Notes under the pieces: model-generated
What the model was told of the DNA's origin: nothing
The model's input: the letters and a program-made list of their open reading frames with translations, nothing else
Database searches by the model: none
Shown: positions 1 to 28,722 of the stretch, in pieces
Position numbering within the stretch: the first letter of the stretch is position 1
Layout: each line of letters opens with the position of its first letter
DNA from: the human T2T-CHM13v2.0 reference genome, Homo sapiens
Direction: 5' to 3' (one strand)
Assembly (NCBI RefSeq): GCF_009914755.1
Contig: NC_060925.1
DNA: 64,000 bases
Translations under genes and position numbers: made by a program

Positions 1-240
1 AGACACAAGTAAAACATAAGATCCAGACCGGGCCTCAGGGAACTCACCACCTGAGCAGAGAGGGGAGGCATGAAAACCCATTCAGTTAGATGGCCTCTGC
101 TGGTCATGTGTTCATACATCCAGTGTGATAGGGGAAAAGAGATTTTCTTAAGCCTGAGCAGATTACTTTACACATTTAGACTGGGGGCTCAAACACTTGC
201 TAAGGTAATAATGTTGCTTGTGATTCATATTTGTTCTTCC

Positions 241-1840
<1,600 letters not shown>

Positions 1841-1989
1841 ACAGACCATACCATGGCTAGATTTGGCCTGTGGGCATAGTTGGCTGACCCATCTGCTAAA
1901 TGAATAGATACAAGATCCAGATTTGGTAAAATGTAAACACTTTAATCCAGGACAAAGCAGTCTTCATGCACATGAGACAGTACTATAAT

Positions 1990-2200
1990 GCCTCTGTTAG
2001 ACTCCTAGCTCTGCCACAGACTGGCTATACAATCCTGGACAAGTTACTTAACCTCTCCAGCCCTCAGTTAGCTTGTCAGTGAAACTAGAATGATAATTGA
2101 AGCTCCCTTATAGAGTTACTATGAAGATTAAATGAGATAGTGCACAGAAAGCTCTTGGTACGGTGTCAGGCACATGGGAAGATCACAGTAAATGTTAGCC
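1990..2200 (+). mobile_element. MIR SINE relic
   Basis: MIR core-like sequence: CTCTGCCAC..GGACAAGTTACTTAACCTCTC..CCTCAGTT..GATTAAATGAGATA..GCAC. Confidence 0.7.
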
Positions 2201-4643
2201 TCTACATGGATCAGGAATGAAGGAATCCCGAGGAAGACACCATCAAGGTTGAAGCTGCTGGAACTCCAAGATGAGGTTACATTCAAATGTGTTTTCTCAA
2301 CCAGGAAAGCCTCTGGAAGCATGGGGGCTGTTAAGAGCAGATTGCACATTGCTTGGTCCCCTTGCCCTGGGCTCCCGGGTAGGCAGCCAGAAACCCCTGA
2401 GCAAACTGGTATTAGCTCAACTGTTTGAACCCTGACAATTCAGCCCGCTGCTCCCCCTGCCCCTTGGCCTGGAGCTTCCATGCAGGGAGAGGCTGCCACC
2501 CACCAGATAGCGTTCCCACCAGGCAGAAGTCAGGGTGGCCAGATGGTCAGGAGGGGCAGATGACAGGGGAAGCCACAAGAAAGAGAGCCTGTGGCTAGAT
2601 CAGAGGTGCTGAAGCCAGCCCCAGAGCAGGACAGTCACCTGCTGTCCACAAACATCCTGCTGAGGGAAGTTCTTCTTTGCCCCGATGGGTGTGATAGTTG
2701 GCAACATGGCTAGAAACAGACTGACAGCTGTGCTCACCCTGGCTCCTTGGCAGACATTGGAGAAATCAAGGATAGAGATGAGGATTCTGATACTCTCCCC
2801 TCAACACTGGAAATGAAAGGAAGCCTCCCAGCCCCCAAGTCCTCCCCAGTCTGTCAGCAGCATTTATGGAAGGCCCACTGTGTGCAAAGCCTGTACAATC
2901 AGGAGGGAGTTAAATGGGAAATTGAGGACCAGGCTCCACATGCCCATGGAGGGCTCGTGTGGAGCCTAAACATGAGACTGGCTCTCGAACACTTGCCAGG
3001 CGAACAGGATGGAGCCTGGATGTCCCAGCCAGCTCCACCACTGGCAGCAACTCCTTACAGGGTCACTAGGCCCTGACTGAAAGGGCACCAGCTGGCCGGG
3101 TAGTGGGTGGGTATACATTTGGTTTTAGAGAAAAACAACCACAGATCCAATTTCAAGGCTTTGAGTCTCACCAACCCCTCCTTCCAGTCTTTTCTGAATA
3201 GCGGCATTAACTGGGACCCTGAAGAAGGGAGGTGGGAAGCAGACACCCAGCAGGGCTCTGCAGGAATCTCCCTGAGCCCCACACCCAGCTCCTGCTGTCT
3301 GCACAAGGGGCAATCATGACTTTCTTCTGTGGCAGGGAGACAGTGGAATCTGTAGGAGGTTCCAGACCCAGCGACGACCAAGCCTGGGTGGTTCTGACAC
3401 CAAGAACAAAACGCCTGCAAGATCCACACTGGGAACTCAACCAAGAAGAAAGAAAAGAACAAACAAGATCAATTTCTTCCCCACAGGAGCCAGAATTTTC
3501 CTAAGTCTCTACGAATGTTCAGAGACATCTTTATCTCTTGCAGGAACTCTACCTCCTCTCCTGTCTCACCTCCTCCTGAAAAAAGAGACAAAGTCCCACT
3601 CCCATCAAAACACCTCTGAGGTGTCAGCTTCAAATGATTTATGAATTACTTCTCCCAGCCTGGGTTAGCTTCAAAACTGGGAATGGGTCAGGGTGTCAGC
3701 ATGGGAAGAACCTTTAAGAATGTCAGGCTTTTAGAGCCTCAAAGCCACAAATCTCTCAAATGGTGCCCTCTCCAACCCTGGGCACTAGGTCCGATGAGCA
3801 GGGGATGGAGGCATATTTGGACAGGGGCCTGCATCTGAGACCAGCCCCTGATACCAAACCAAATGTGTCTCTTGTATTTTTAACTGCAAGCTCCCACCAC
3901 CCTGAGTGAGTTTTTCCCAAAGCAGTGGTGTCACAAGCAGCCATTCAGTTGGCCTTTGCAGTCATGCTGACCCAGGGGTACTTGGTCTTCATCGGATTCT
4001 CAGTCTAAGCATCAATCCTCTGACAGAGGGACCTACCCCAGGCACTTCCAGCTCAGCAGAAAGCACCCTGAGCTAATAAAGGAAGATATAATTTAGAGGT
4101 CATGCCCCAAAGCCAGCTATTTCTGACTGCAGATCCAGCTCCAACTAAAGCCAAGCCAAAAATTAACATTATTTTGCATTTTAAACAACTTACTAGTCTT
4201 TCAAAGGGTACTGATTGGTGAACAGCAATTTACAATGAAGTAATCAGTTGCAAACTACCAATAATTGCTATCACTTCAAGTGTGAGTTTTTCCCCTCCCC
4301 ATTTTCTTCCCCCTGTTCTGTCTCTGTTTTTAAACCAACAAATATTTATCAACCTTCTTTTAGACAAGGTGTGAGCTAGGAGCCATGAGAGATAAAAAGA
4401 TGCGGCTGCCAAGTATTTGCATGTGAGATATTCATAGTCTGGCTAGGGTAGTAACATGGTACACATGGGGAAAATAACCAAATGTCAAAAGACTGATAGG
4501 TGATGAATGTTGACTCTGTAAAAGTGAAAGTTACATAGAATGTTCAGGGAGCTTGATTTTAAGTTGCCTGAGGGTTGTAAACTACTTTCCAGTAAGGTGT
4601 TTTCCTCTACCAGTGCTTCCCAAACATAAAAGTCTATAAAATG

Positions 4644-7009
<2,366 letters not shown>

Positions 7010-8536
7010 TTATCTGCTTCTTATCTCGGGTAAGAGCAGAGCCTGGACTCTGGAGCCCGGAGTGCAGATACTGGCTCTGGCTTATCAACTGTGCAACTTT
7101 GGGAAGTTACTTAACCTCTCTGTTTCGTCATTTGTACCTTAGAATGTTGCTGTGAGCGTTAAACTACAGTGCCCAGCACACAGTAACAGTTTAATAGATG
7201 TTAGCTGTTTTTATTGCTACTCCTAAGTGTGTTCTACACCTGGTCACCAAGCAAAGGACAGAGCATGGCCAGTGCATGGAGAATCAGATTTCAAGGGCAG
7301 CCCATAACATGCTCACAAAACACAGGGATATTGTTTGTTTATCTCTTCTAAGATCTCAAGGCACTTAAAAGTCTCAACTTATCAGTTTTCACAGGACTTT
7401 CCTGACATAGGTTGGAATCCATTATAGTCACCCTAGGGAGGGGTTAATGACCTGCTCAAGGTTACTTGCCAGGGTCAACCACAGGCTAGGAATAGAAATT
7501 GGCTCTGCAGTCACCCCTTTGTCTTAGTAACTTCCTCCCTATGTGGTTTTGGCAAAGACAAAACACCCAGGAGTGATGCAGCAACTGGAATGAAGGTCAA
7601 AGAACAGCATCTGGGTTTAGCACGGCCTTGATGAGGCCTTTTTTCCCTTCATCCTCCCACAAGCAGGCTTGTATATCCAGCAGCCTCCTGTCCCTCTTTA
7701 AGCACCTCAAAATAGTATTCCTTGACCTCCTTTCATCCAGGAGATGCCAAGGAGGGCAACGCAGATGCATCCGAGATGCCAAAGAAAGGCTTTCACACAC
7801 AAAGTGACTCCCTGCCCTTGGATGTGTTTGCATCCTCACATCCTTCTCATCCCTACGTTCCTACTACTGCAGTCACACCAGCTCCTAGGCTCTGCCTTGG
7901 ACAGAACCCAGTTTCCTGGAAGGAACAAGTTCTCTGCAGTCGGCCCCCTGCCCCAGCATCCAGGGACCACATTGGCCACAGTCCTATTTACAGCTTCCAA
8001 AGCAGTCAAGTACAGAAAGCCATGTAACAAAGCGTCTGAGAAGACCTATCCTGGTGTGTGTTTTCAATCACCCCTCTGCCTTCCCTCTCCAGTTACTCAG
8101 ATCTCCTTGCTTTCAAAATGAGAACAGTGAATTATTTATGGAGTAACATACTGCACTCAGGGTCTCCCATGATCACGCAGATTGTGACCGCCCTGGGGAA
8201 TTTACTGCCTAAGTCATTCGGAGAGAATGGGCAAATGGGGCATAAGGTGGCAAGTAAGTGACAGTGACATAAGTTGGGGCTCCCTGGCCCTACGACTGGT
8301 TGGGAGAAGTGGTATGAGGAGGTGACAGAGGACAAAGGGAGAGTCTGGTCTTCCTAAATCCCTGGTGGTAGCGATATGGAAGCAGGTGGGAAAAATATAA
8401 TGAAAATATAAAAGAAACAATGAATTCCTGACCAAGCTGTCAGATAACCTCTGTTGTCACAACACAGGCCTGGAGTGACTACTGGGGAACCAAAACGTTC
8501 AGCTCTCTGCTTATGGTGAGAAGCATGCATAGGTAG

Positions 8537-13575
<5,039 letters not shown>

Positions 13576-15022
13576 AAGTTTTTTTAATTATGAAAATGTT
13601 CAATTGCTCACAAAAGTTGAGAAAACAATATATTGAAACCACATTGTCTGTTACCGAGACTCAAAAAGTAACAAGATTTTGCTATACTTGCCTTATCGCT
13701 CTCTTTTTCTTTCTTACATTACTGCTAACATATTTTAAAGTAATCCCAGATTGCATGTCATTTCACTCCTACATACTTCATTAAGCATCTATACAACTAA
13801 GGACATTTTCTTATATAGTCACTATGTGCCAATCATGATGATTTCTATCAAAATTAACAACTATTCTTTCATATCACCTAATAGATGGTGATTTGGGATA
13901 CCTGGAAGTTTTTAATGAGGCTGCAATTTTTCTGCTGCAAAACACAGATATTGCATTGCCTGGCCTGGGATTACAATTGCTGTCCTTCCTATGTGATGAT
14001 GACCCATGGGTGATTCCACTACTGACTGATCAGCAGGTCCTTCTTCAGGAAGCAGGAAGGCTTTTCTGCACCTGGGAGACAGGCGACGCCTGCTTCAGTC
14101 TATACCACTGGCAGCTGCTTACAAAGCATATGACCACTTAAGTCATTGTCTCTGACACTTCTGTTGGAAAATAGCCATCCACCTCAGAGGAGGTGGTCTG
14201 TCGGCTGCCGATAGTTCCCAGGAACCACACTGGTGCTTCCCTCTGAGGTCTGGAAATTCACACATAAAAGTCTTCATAACCTTTAGGGAAGAGGCAGCCA
14301 GAGAAACTGGATTCAAGTCAGGATGGTTTGGGGGATGGGCTGAGGTTAATCCCTCTACCGTGTTCTCAGAATGAAGAAAACAGACATTTACTGAGAAAAA
14401 GAACAGCTCTGAATACAAATACTAGAATAGGGCTTTTCAAATGTGTGCCTTCTGTGGCTCCCTTTATCCAGAGAAAAAGAGTCCATGGATTTCTCCCCAT
14501 ACTGCTTAACGTGGCAAAAGACCCCGAATTGCTGGAATTAATGGGAAGACTAGAGCAGCTCTGGATAAGACACCAGTGAGGTAATGTCTGGTTTTTGTTA
14601 AATATCCCAAACAGATTACTCACTCTTGCTAGATAAAAGGTAAAGACACTGTCGTGCTATTAACACAAATCCTGCTGCAAACAGGGCCCCCACGGGTCCC
14701 TGGACTGGGAAGCTGCCATGCTGTTCAGTGGTGGGGGCGGGAGAGAGAGGCAGTCACAGTAAACATTGTCCAGAGAAGAAAACCAGTCAGCTCTGTGATC
14801 TTTGCAAACTCCTTTTTGTTAAGGAACCCAGAACACCAATGAGACCCTGGGAGGCTCGTATTTGACAGAGCCAGAAAGAAGGTCCTTGGGAAAGATCCCT
14901 TCTCTCTGTCTTCAGTAGAACTTGGCAGAACTGGACAGCCAGGCCCAAAGGCTCCGCTGGCTCCTCTTACCCTCGGGGCCTTTGATTCTATACCTGGAGC
15001 AATTCCTTCCATTTACAGCACC

Positions 15023-18271
<3,249 letters not shown>

Positions 18272-21200
18272 CTATAGCTTTAAAAATTTCCCCAGTGTAT
18301 ACCATCCTCACTATTCCCAGGCACAGTTCTAAGTAATTGAAGTCTACTGAGGTAGGTATCAATATTATTCCCATTCTCTAGATGACGAAACTGGTGCATG
18401 TAGCAGTTAGGAAATATGCCCAAAGGTACACTGCTCGTAAGCGGCAGAGCAGGAATATGAATCCAGCCAGTCTGGTTCCGGAGTCTGCATTCTTGATCAC
18501 TGCACTATACCAACTTTCACTTTGTTGTGAGCACCTGCCTATCTCAGACATCAGTCAGTAAGTCCCTTGAAGGCAAGAACTGTCCTTTGATCCTTATTCC
18601 TGAGCCCTAGGCATTACATTTGGCACAGAGTATATGCTCAATAACCATCTATTCATGCATCTGAACAAATGCATGGATAACTGGTCAGGAGGGGACGCCA
18701 GCAGAAAGGCCACCTGTTTAAACCTAAAATCGCAGAACTCAAACTGGTCCTCCATTCTTTCTTCTGCTTTTCTCTAAGATATTACATAGCCACAAAAGCA
18801 GATTCTTGATTCCAATCTAGTCCATCCTTTCATAGACTTTGAGTGATCAGCCCTCCCTAAGGCAGTGCCCCTCTCAAGGACCCAATGCAGAGCTGCTGGG
18901 GACCCCGCCCGAGGTCCATCTTTAGGCTCCCAGGGCTACACTTCTGTGTCAGGGTTTAGGTCAGCAGGATTCACACAGAAACTGGAAATCAGACCCATGG
19001 ACGGCATCTACGGTGAAGTGGAATCAAACGGTAAGGGCTTCCCAGAACATCCGAGTGAATCAGCTGCTCAGGCTGGGACGAATCCAGAACACATGCCCAC
19101 AAGGGGTGGCAAGTTGTAAATTGAGATCTAATATGAGCCATCTGGTCTGGCAAAATGGCCAACTGGAGAGATGGGAGCCTGGAAACTGCCCAGAAGCAAA
19201 CTTATCTTGGGGAAATGATGAGTCAGCTCTGTCCAAAAACAAAAGCCTTTAATGAAGTCCTTCACAGTAAGCCCCACAGAATCTTTCTGGAGCAGCTAGA
19301 GTTAAGTAACTCCATCTAAAGGTTACCTCTGGTTTCAAAGTTTTCAGATGCCTGGTTCCAGGCTTGGGTGTAACAGAGCATGAACACAGGCGAGGTAAAC
19401 CCACACTGCTTTGTGGGGGTGGGATGGGATTCAAGAATCATTTCACAGCCAGATAGATGTGTCAGGTAAGATGTGACGAGACATGCAGGACTAGCTGGGG
19501 TCCAGCATTTCCCCCTAGCATGGGGACAGTTTAGCCTTGGTCCTGGAGGACAGCTTTTCAGTGTCTTCTCCCAGCCACAGTCGCTAAAAAGCAACCAATT
19601 ACCAGGTCTAATTATCTTCCTTCAGCCTCTTTACTGGCAGCAGCTGCCAAGGCTCTTGCCAAAACTCTGCTTCACCAACATCCTGATCCAAAAAGCCCCA
19701 AGTCAACGAGGAGAAGGCTCTGCGGGCCCAGAACAGCTGTGAGGCTTCCCAACACCAAGACGGGGCACAAGAGGTCAGCGCCGGGAGCTTCAAAGCAACT
19801 TGCCCCCTTGAGCCCCCTTGGCCTCAGCATCTGGATGGAGGAGAAGCAGTGGCGCCAGCCACCTGGAACCACACCAGAAAATGACACAACGGCAATCAAC
19901 ACACTGGCCCCAACCACCCCCGCCCCAGGAAGTTAGGAAGCTTTTTAAAGGCCTTGTTTGTGCTTGTGGTGGAAGCTCCAAGGTCAGGGCTGGCCTAGAG
20001 CTCAGTGTGTGCCTCACAGCTGAGCGTAGCTGGGAGGTATGTCAGGAATTCTCTAGGTCGGGGCTGGGGGTCTCTCAGGGCACCATGCCACTGCTGATCC
20101 CTACTTCCTTGCACTCCAAAGTAGCTTGCCTACTTCTGCCCACAGGTGAGCCTGAGACCTGATTAGCCTCTTCCTGCACGGAACAAGAGGTAGCTTCCTC
20201 CTGAAAGATGTCCTGAGTCGCAGAAGCTCTCTCTGACTTGCACAAGAATGAGTCTCCAAAACCCCAGTCACCTGGGGGGCCTGGACTTGTCTGAGCAGGG
20301 AGTGGGGAAAACCAGGCGGCCATCCACTCGGCCTCCAACCTTGCAGCCCCAGGGGAAGAAGGGCCAGGTGCAGTTTGCTGGGCAGTTATGAAACTTGAGA
20401 AGCTGGAGTGACTTTGGGCTGGTGCTTTGAGAACAGGGAGGTATTGTGTGATGAGGCGCAGAGGGGGTATAGAATACCCAACAGTTCATGCACAAACACG
20501 ATCCCAGCCTTGTGCAGAGAAAGGGGCTTCCAGGGGCCTGGGTGGTTTCAAACTGGAATGTGAGGAGAAAGGTAGTGCCCATGAGGCTGTTGGTGACCCA
20601 TACCCAGGAGGAGGCCCAGAAGCCAAGCCAGCCCTCACCCCTACGCACAGACAGTTCCACAGATCTCAACACGTATGCCCTGAGACATCATCTCTGGGGA
20701 TACAGAAATTCTATCCGTCAGCAATTAAAGAATATTTTCTTAAAACTTGGGTGGGTATCTTCCCCATGTGTTGTCATCTTGGTCATCAGTAAATACCCAC
20801 TGAGCAGGACTATCTGCATGGTCCTGTCAGAGGTATTATGGTCACAAAGGCCAGTGCCTGCCCTCCCGGGCCCTGCGTCCTGACGACAGGGCACCAATCG
20901 TAAGAGGCAGCAAAATAGCTGGAGATTGAGCAACCAGACACACCAGCCTTGCAACTGGTCAAACAAGAGATGCAGTGCACCTCATCTGTGCACTACAAAC
21001 AAAAGCTTTACATGTTTTACAATTTTTCTCTCTCACAGTGGCTGGAAAGCTGGATGAGGTGAGAAGAGAATAAGAGCAAAGCAGAGAAATTGGGTAGAGA
21101 AAGTGATAATGGAGTGATAAGCCAGGGGAGCTGGGAACAGTGGCTCTCAGGTCTGAGTCGAGAAGGATCCAGGACAGACACCTAATTGGTTATGATTTCA

Positions 21201-22078
21201 CCCCCCCTCTCTGGGCTTATCTTCTCCATCTGTCCTCCCACAGTTCCCAGCTCAGGGCGCTGAGCTCTGATAGTTCTCAAACCCTTTTCTCCCTTTACTT
21301 ACTGCGAGAAAGCTGTGGTTATCAGCATGCTGGCTCTTGCAGCCCCAGGTGCCACACTAAGCTCCTAGGCCAGTCCCTAACCCTGTTGCCTCTAAAAAAA
21401 ATTAAGTCGAGACAGGGAGGTGGGAGGACCTTCCACACCATGTTCCAGTCCTCACTGCCCACTCCAGTGCCTTCTTTCTCAAACGGTCATCTCAGACATC
21501 TCTGCCATATTCCCACCCCCAACTTCCCCCTGGAGAAGGGCTGCATCTGCTTCCTAAAAGCTTGTCTTCTGGGCCTTTTCTCATGCCCACCTTGTATCTG
21601 AAAGCCTGACCATTCCATCAGTCATCATCTGACCTTTATTTCCCAAATCCAGCTCCTCTCTGCAGCTTTCCCTAATTGCCACCCCCAATTAACCAGTCCC
21701 AATGAACCTGAGCAGAGGCTCAGCAGAATTTTGGGACTCGATCGTAAACACAGCTTATTATAGCTAGTGGTATATGCAGACATTACCTTATTCATGTTGT
21801 GTCCTCCCCACAACCTCCACAAAACCCAAGTGAGCCTTTGCGCCATGTTGGACTGCATGACTGATGACATGACAGCTGTGATCAATCAAGATTCCGCAAT
21901 CACCATTCTGCAGGCCACTGGGAGCTTTTCTACACCAAAGCCCTCTGCTGAGTGGAGATGTCATCTGATTTATTAATTAATGCAAACACTGTTCATCCAA
22001 ATGCTCCAGGGCATGGTTTAAAAAAAAAACAGAACGTTTAAAAAATGATAAAAATAACTTTTGCCAGCATAGAAATAG

Positions 22079-23781
<1,703 letters not shown>

Positions 23782-26645
23782 TTCTTAGGTTGACTTCTAT
23801 CCCTGCCTTCTTTGCCCTTCCCTCCCCACTGTTCTCAGCCCCAGCCCCCACCCCAGCTGCAATCCTTGCTCCAGGGCTTCTGATCGGAATCCCCTAGGGA
23901 GTGCTGAATGTGGGTCCCTAGGGGTCAGCTCTGGGCTGCTCCCACACATACACAAGGAAGAACATTTTTCGGCATTTCATACAGTGACACTTTATATTGT
24001 TCTATCTTGTAATTGGTTTACTTCCTGATTTCCCCAAACAGCTATGAGGGTAGGAAATGGTCAGGCCTCTCTGAAACCCCAGTGTACTGTGCCCTGTTAT
24101 GGTAGGTGCTTCATCCATGCTTATTTCTGCCTTCAGTTTTGATTATTTGTAAACTTGCCTAATCCCTGCACCCTCCCCTGCTTTCATTACTTGTAAGCTT
24201 CTTGTGCATATCTTTGTAGTCATTGTAGCACCCCTGGTAGGGTGACAGGCCCGGATTAGGTGCTCAGTAAGGAATTAATAAATTAAACTGGATTGGAGAT
24301 TCCTGGTAATCAAATGAGAGCCCTTGTGAAAGGAAGTGTTGAGATTGAGCAAAAGGTAAACAAGTCCACCAACATGATTTCAGCTAAGCTGGGTGTATGT
24401 ACTGATGTACTGAATGGGCGACCATTTCCTTCCAGAAAGGCTGGAGTCAGCCCTCCGGGATGGCTGTCTCTGTGTGACTGTCTGCACACCACTGCCCTCC
24501 ACTGGACACTGAATCAAAGCTGCCCCAGACCCACGTTGGTGTCAGGACTCCCTCAGGTTTCCTTCCCTCCCTATCTGGGACACAACCTCCTGGGCAAACC
24601 GGTTTCTTGGTTGGCTTCTCTTACCAGGTTTGTTTTACCCTGTCTGCCTTGCATTGAATCCATGAAACTTGGGAAGTACAAGAGGAACAATGTCTTCTTT
24701 CACTCCTGGCATATAGCGGGGTCAATAAATATTTAATAAGTGAAAATAAACATGACACACATTCCTGGCAAGCCAGCAGCACTTCGGACTAGTACTATGA
24801 TTATTAATATAAGAATCCATTTAAGGACCTATATATGTTCTTAGTCTAAAGCAGCTACAGTGCTGATTGTTTTTAGAAGACAACTGAGGAAAACAAAGAG
24901 GCACCAAAACTTAAGCAAAAGAAAGAGTTCAAAAACAGTCACTCCTCTTTATCTTAACAACCACCAAACTTTCCTCCTCTTGCATGCCTCCGCAGACCTT
25001 TGGGAAGATACAGAACAGGATGTAAAGGGAGGGGAAGTGAACACAGGTACTGCCAAGCCTCAGGGATTAGACTGCTCCCTCCCTCGCTTTGACGCGCTCT
25101 CCAGCTTCAGCTATTGGCATTTGTGAACTTGCCTTATTATCTCTGCCCCTGACCTCACTAGCTTGTAAATTGCCTTGCCCAGCACAATGACTGGCCTATA
25201 AAAGGTCTGCCATACACAGTTAACTGAATTCTGGTGGTTGAATATGCATGTTACTAATAATTTGCCAACTTAGTAATAATAAAATAGGTTGTTTTTTTTT
25301 AAAGAGACATCACATTTACAGCTTAGAAATTTTGATTTGGTGAGAAATTGTTTTCACCTTCCACAATTCAACTCTGGGGTTAGCTGTGGACCTGGTAGGC
25401 AGTGGGATATATGAATCTGAAGCTCAGGGAAGAAGCCTGGACGAAGTACGAATCCAGGAGCCTCATAGCATGGAGGTTGGGGTTAAAACTCAAAGGGTAT
25501 TGTCCAGGAAGAACTAGAGAAGGTGAAAACCAGAGGCTGGTGTCTTGGGATCCCAATCCTGAAGAACCAGGGGAGGCAGAGGAGGTCAGGACAGAGCCAG
25601 AGCAGAAGTCAGAGAGGAGCGAGAAAGAATGGGGCCAAAAAAGCCAGGGGTCTGGGAAGTTTTCGGGATTAGAGGGTGGCCAGTGGCCTCAAATACGGCT
25701 GAATAATCTAGTCACAAAGGATTGAGAGATGTCTGCTGGAGTGGGTAATATAATAGTCAGCTGGTGAACCCATGAAAGCAACTTTGGGGTGAGAGGGTAG
25801 ATACAGTGGAAATGGGATGGGAAATGGGATCAGAAATGGGATCAGGAATGGGAGGCAAAGACATGAACACAATCGCGGGAGGTGGTGAACATAAGGAAAA
25901 GTGCAAGGGCTTTTGGTTTTGACCCTGCACCCAGGCTCTGCTTTACCGATCTAGCTTCTGTATTTCTACTAGTTACACTTTCTAAAAATCAAAATTAATC
26001 CTGTCACTTCCGGTTATGATTAACATCCACTGGCTTTTGCCATTTGCTGGACAATCCGGAGCAAAGTCTGGGGCCAATCTGTTTAGTGTCACTTATTTTT
26101 CAGGTTTGGTTTCTTCATCACCTGTAAAGGAGAGTGGCACAGGACTATAATCCCTTGTCCGAAATCCTTGAGGCCACCCGTATTTCAGAATTCACAGCCT
26201 TTTGGATCCTAGAAAGGTGATACAGTGCACATGTGGTATATTACATAATACCACCAGCAGGGTCTGTGCCCCACCCTGGAACCAAACACACCAAGTGAAA
26301 CAAATAAAGACTAAGCAACCTTACTTGAGGTCAGGTCATTTTCTACTAATGGAGTTACCAAGATACTTTTGTTTTCCAGAGCTTTTCAGATTTTTGGAAT
26401 TGTAATAAGGCTCACTGACCACCCTGGCAGAGTTGTTTGAAAGCTCAAATAAGATATGTGTGTGAAAATGAAGCAGAAAGGATAACCACAAAGGGTACAG
26501 AGGCCCTGATCTTCTTGACTGGGAATGAAAGGAATTTTTCCTTTTCTGACATTGTGCATGTGTGAGCAATTTATAAAGGACACTCTCTGATAGCCTTTCA
26601 GAAGCCACAGCAGGAAAGGAATAACCTAGTTTAAAGGATGCATCC

Positions 26646-27404
26646 GGCAGCCATAAAAAAAAAAAAAGAATGAAATCATGTCCTTTGTAGCAACATGGAT
26701 AGAGCTGAAGGCCATTATCCTGTCAACGAACGTAGAAACAGAAAACCAGATACAGCATGCTCTCACTTATAAGTGGGAGCTAAACAATGGGCACTCATGT
26801 GGCTTGGCTCTGTGTCCCCACCCAAATCTCATGTTGAACTCTAATTCCCAGTATTGGGGGAGGGACCTGGTGGGAGGTGATTGGATCATGGGGGTGGATT
26901 TCCCCCTTGCTGTTCTTGTGATAGTGAGTGAGTTCTCACAAGATCTAGTTGTTTAAAATTGTGTAGCACTTCCCCCTTCTCTCTCTCTCTCTCCTGCTGC
27001 CATGTGAAGAAGTGCTGGCTTCCAAGCACTTGATTTGGCCCTTCTGCCAGGATTGTTAAGTTTCCTGAGGCCTCCCCAGTCATGCCTCCTGTACAGCCTG
27101 CAGAACTGTGAGTTCAATTAAACCTCTTTTCTTCATAAATTACCCAGTCTCAGGTAGTTCTTTATAACAGTATGAGAATGGACGAATACGGGTACACATC
27201 AACATAAAGATGGAAATAATGGACACTGGTGACTCCAAAAGGGGGAGGGTGGGAAGATGGAAAGGGTTAAAAAGGTACCAATTGGGTACAATGCTCACTA
27301 TTTGGGTGATGGGTACACTAGAAACCTAATGCCCACCAGTATGCAATATACCCATGTAACAAACATGCACATGTACCCCCGAACCTAAAATTAAATTTTT
27401 AAAA
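26646..27404 (+). mobile_element. 5'-truncated L1 3' end (L1PB/L1MA-like) interrupted by a MaLR LTR
   Basis: L1 3' motifs (GAATGAAATCATGTCCTTTG, CTCACTTATAAGTGGGAGCTAAAC, ACCCATGTAACAAAC..GCACATGTACCCC), an A tail, and a 13-bp TSD: AAAGGATGCATCC (26633-26645) and AAAGAATGCATCC (27405-27417). Confidence 0.85.
26797..27190. mobile_element. MaLR solo LTR (MST/THE1-like)
   Basis: TGGCTCTGTGTCCCCACCCAAATCTCATGTTGAA...TTTCCTGAGGCCTCCCCAG...ATTAAACCTCTTTTCTT..AAATTACCCAGTCTCAGGTA matches MST/THE1 LTR hallmarks. Confidence 0.85.
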
Positions 27405-27870
27405 AAAGAATGCATCCTAGTGTGACTGGGGACATTTGCATAATCAAGGGCAATTCCCATAACTTCTTCCTTATCTTGATTTCTCTGCCTCTGTAGGGGC
27501 TGAGGCTGGGCTAAGCTTGGAGATGCTGGAACTCACAGTGATGGGGACCCTCACAATGGAGATCTGTTCTTTACTGTCATTCTCTCCATAACTGTGAGCT
27601 CTATGAGGCAGGGACTGGGCCTGTCTTGTTCACTGCTGGGTCTCTAATGCCTAGCCCAGCTCCTGGTGTTTGTCCAGGGTGGACACTTGTTTTACTTTTT
27701 GCTGAATTGAATTGAAACTGATCTCTTATGTTCCTTGTGACAGAAGGCAAAGTTGGCATTGTCTTAACTTCCATTGTTTTCATCTTCAGGGAAAAACCCC
27801 TACACCTGGGGGTCATTCTGCCCAACTCTGCCCTCTCTGCCTCTGCTCATTGCTCTTTATAGCTTCCCTC

Positions 27871-27907
27871 AACACACACACACACACACACACAGACACA
27901 CACACAC
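27871..27907. repeat. (CA)n microsatellite
   Basis: Directly visible. Confidence 0.95.
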
Positions 27908-28395
27908 GTCTCATTAAATGAGGATTTGGGTCCCTGGCTCATAGCCTTCTCCTTCATCTTATTCCTTTTCTTACTCATACAAGACTTTGACTTTGTGTGG
28001 ACAACCCAACTATAAATCCAGCCTCACCAGGGACTATTGCTACTCTAAAATGTTAAACCCCAATATCCAATCTGACTAAAACTTATTTCCTGCTATATTG
28101 AATTCAGATTTCCTTTAATCCTGGTTCCTTAACTTCTCTCTTTTGACTCAATTAATTACCAGCTATCTAGCATGGATCCCATAATTTATCATTTCAATCA
28201 TTCTCTTGCCAGTACCACCTACAACATTCTTGACCCTTTGTTCTTCTTCCTCATGTACCCTATAAATCCCTAATATCTGTCTTTTCCAGTCCAAAATCCA
28301 AGCTTCTGGGTGTTGCTGGAGACAGACCCTAATTGGGGCTATTCCCAGATATGATCTCCAGTTTCAGCTTTTTACTCTACTTGACATATTGCTTT

Positions 28396-28722
28396 TGAGT
28401 TTCTTTTTTTGTTGTTGTTGTTGTTGTTGTTTTAGAGACAGAGTCTTGCTCTGTTGCCCAGGCTGGAGTGCAGTGATATGCGATCTTGGCTCACTACATC
28501 CTCCATCTCCTGGGTTCAAGAGATTCTCCTACCTCAGCCTCCCGAGTAGAGTAGCTGGGATTACAGGCACCCACGACCAAGCCCAACTAATTTTTTTATT
28601 TTTAGTAGAGATGGGGTTTCACGATGTTGACCAGGGTGGTCTTGAACTCCTGACTTCAAGTGATCTGCCCACCTCAGCCTCCCAGAGTGCTGGGATTGCA
28701 GGTGTGCACCACCGCTTCCCAC
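28396..28722 (-). mobile_element. Antisense Alu with (TTG)n tail
   Basis: Alu motifs. Confidence 0.9.

Noticed and set aside
18700-21980. Repeat-poor stretch with many short overlapping ORFs, a possible hidden gene
   Set aside because: No recognisable protein similarity or consistent exon chain. A lncRNA or enhancer cannot be excluded from sequence alone.
25808-25852. Short tandem GAAATGGGAT(CA) repeats
   Set aside because: Four degenerate copies, consistent with local slippage; nothing else supports a function
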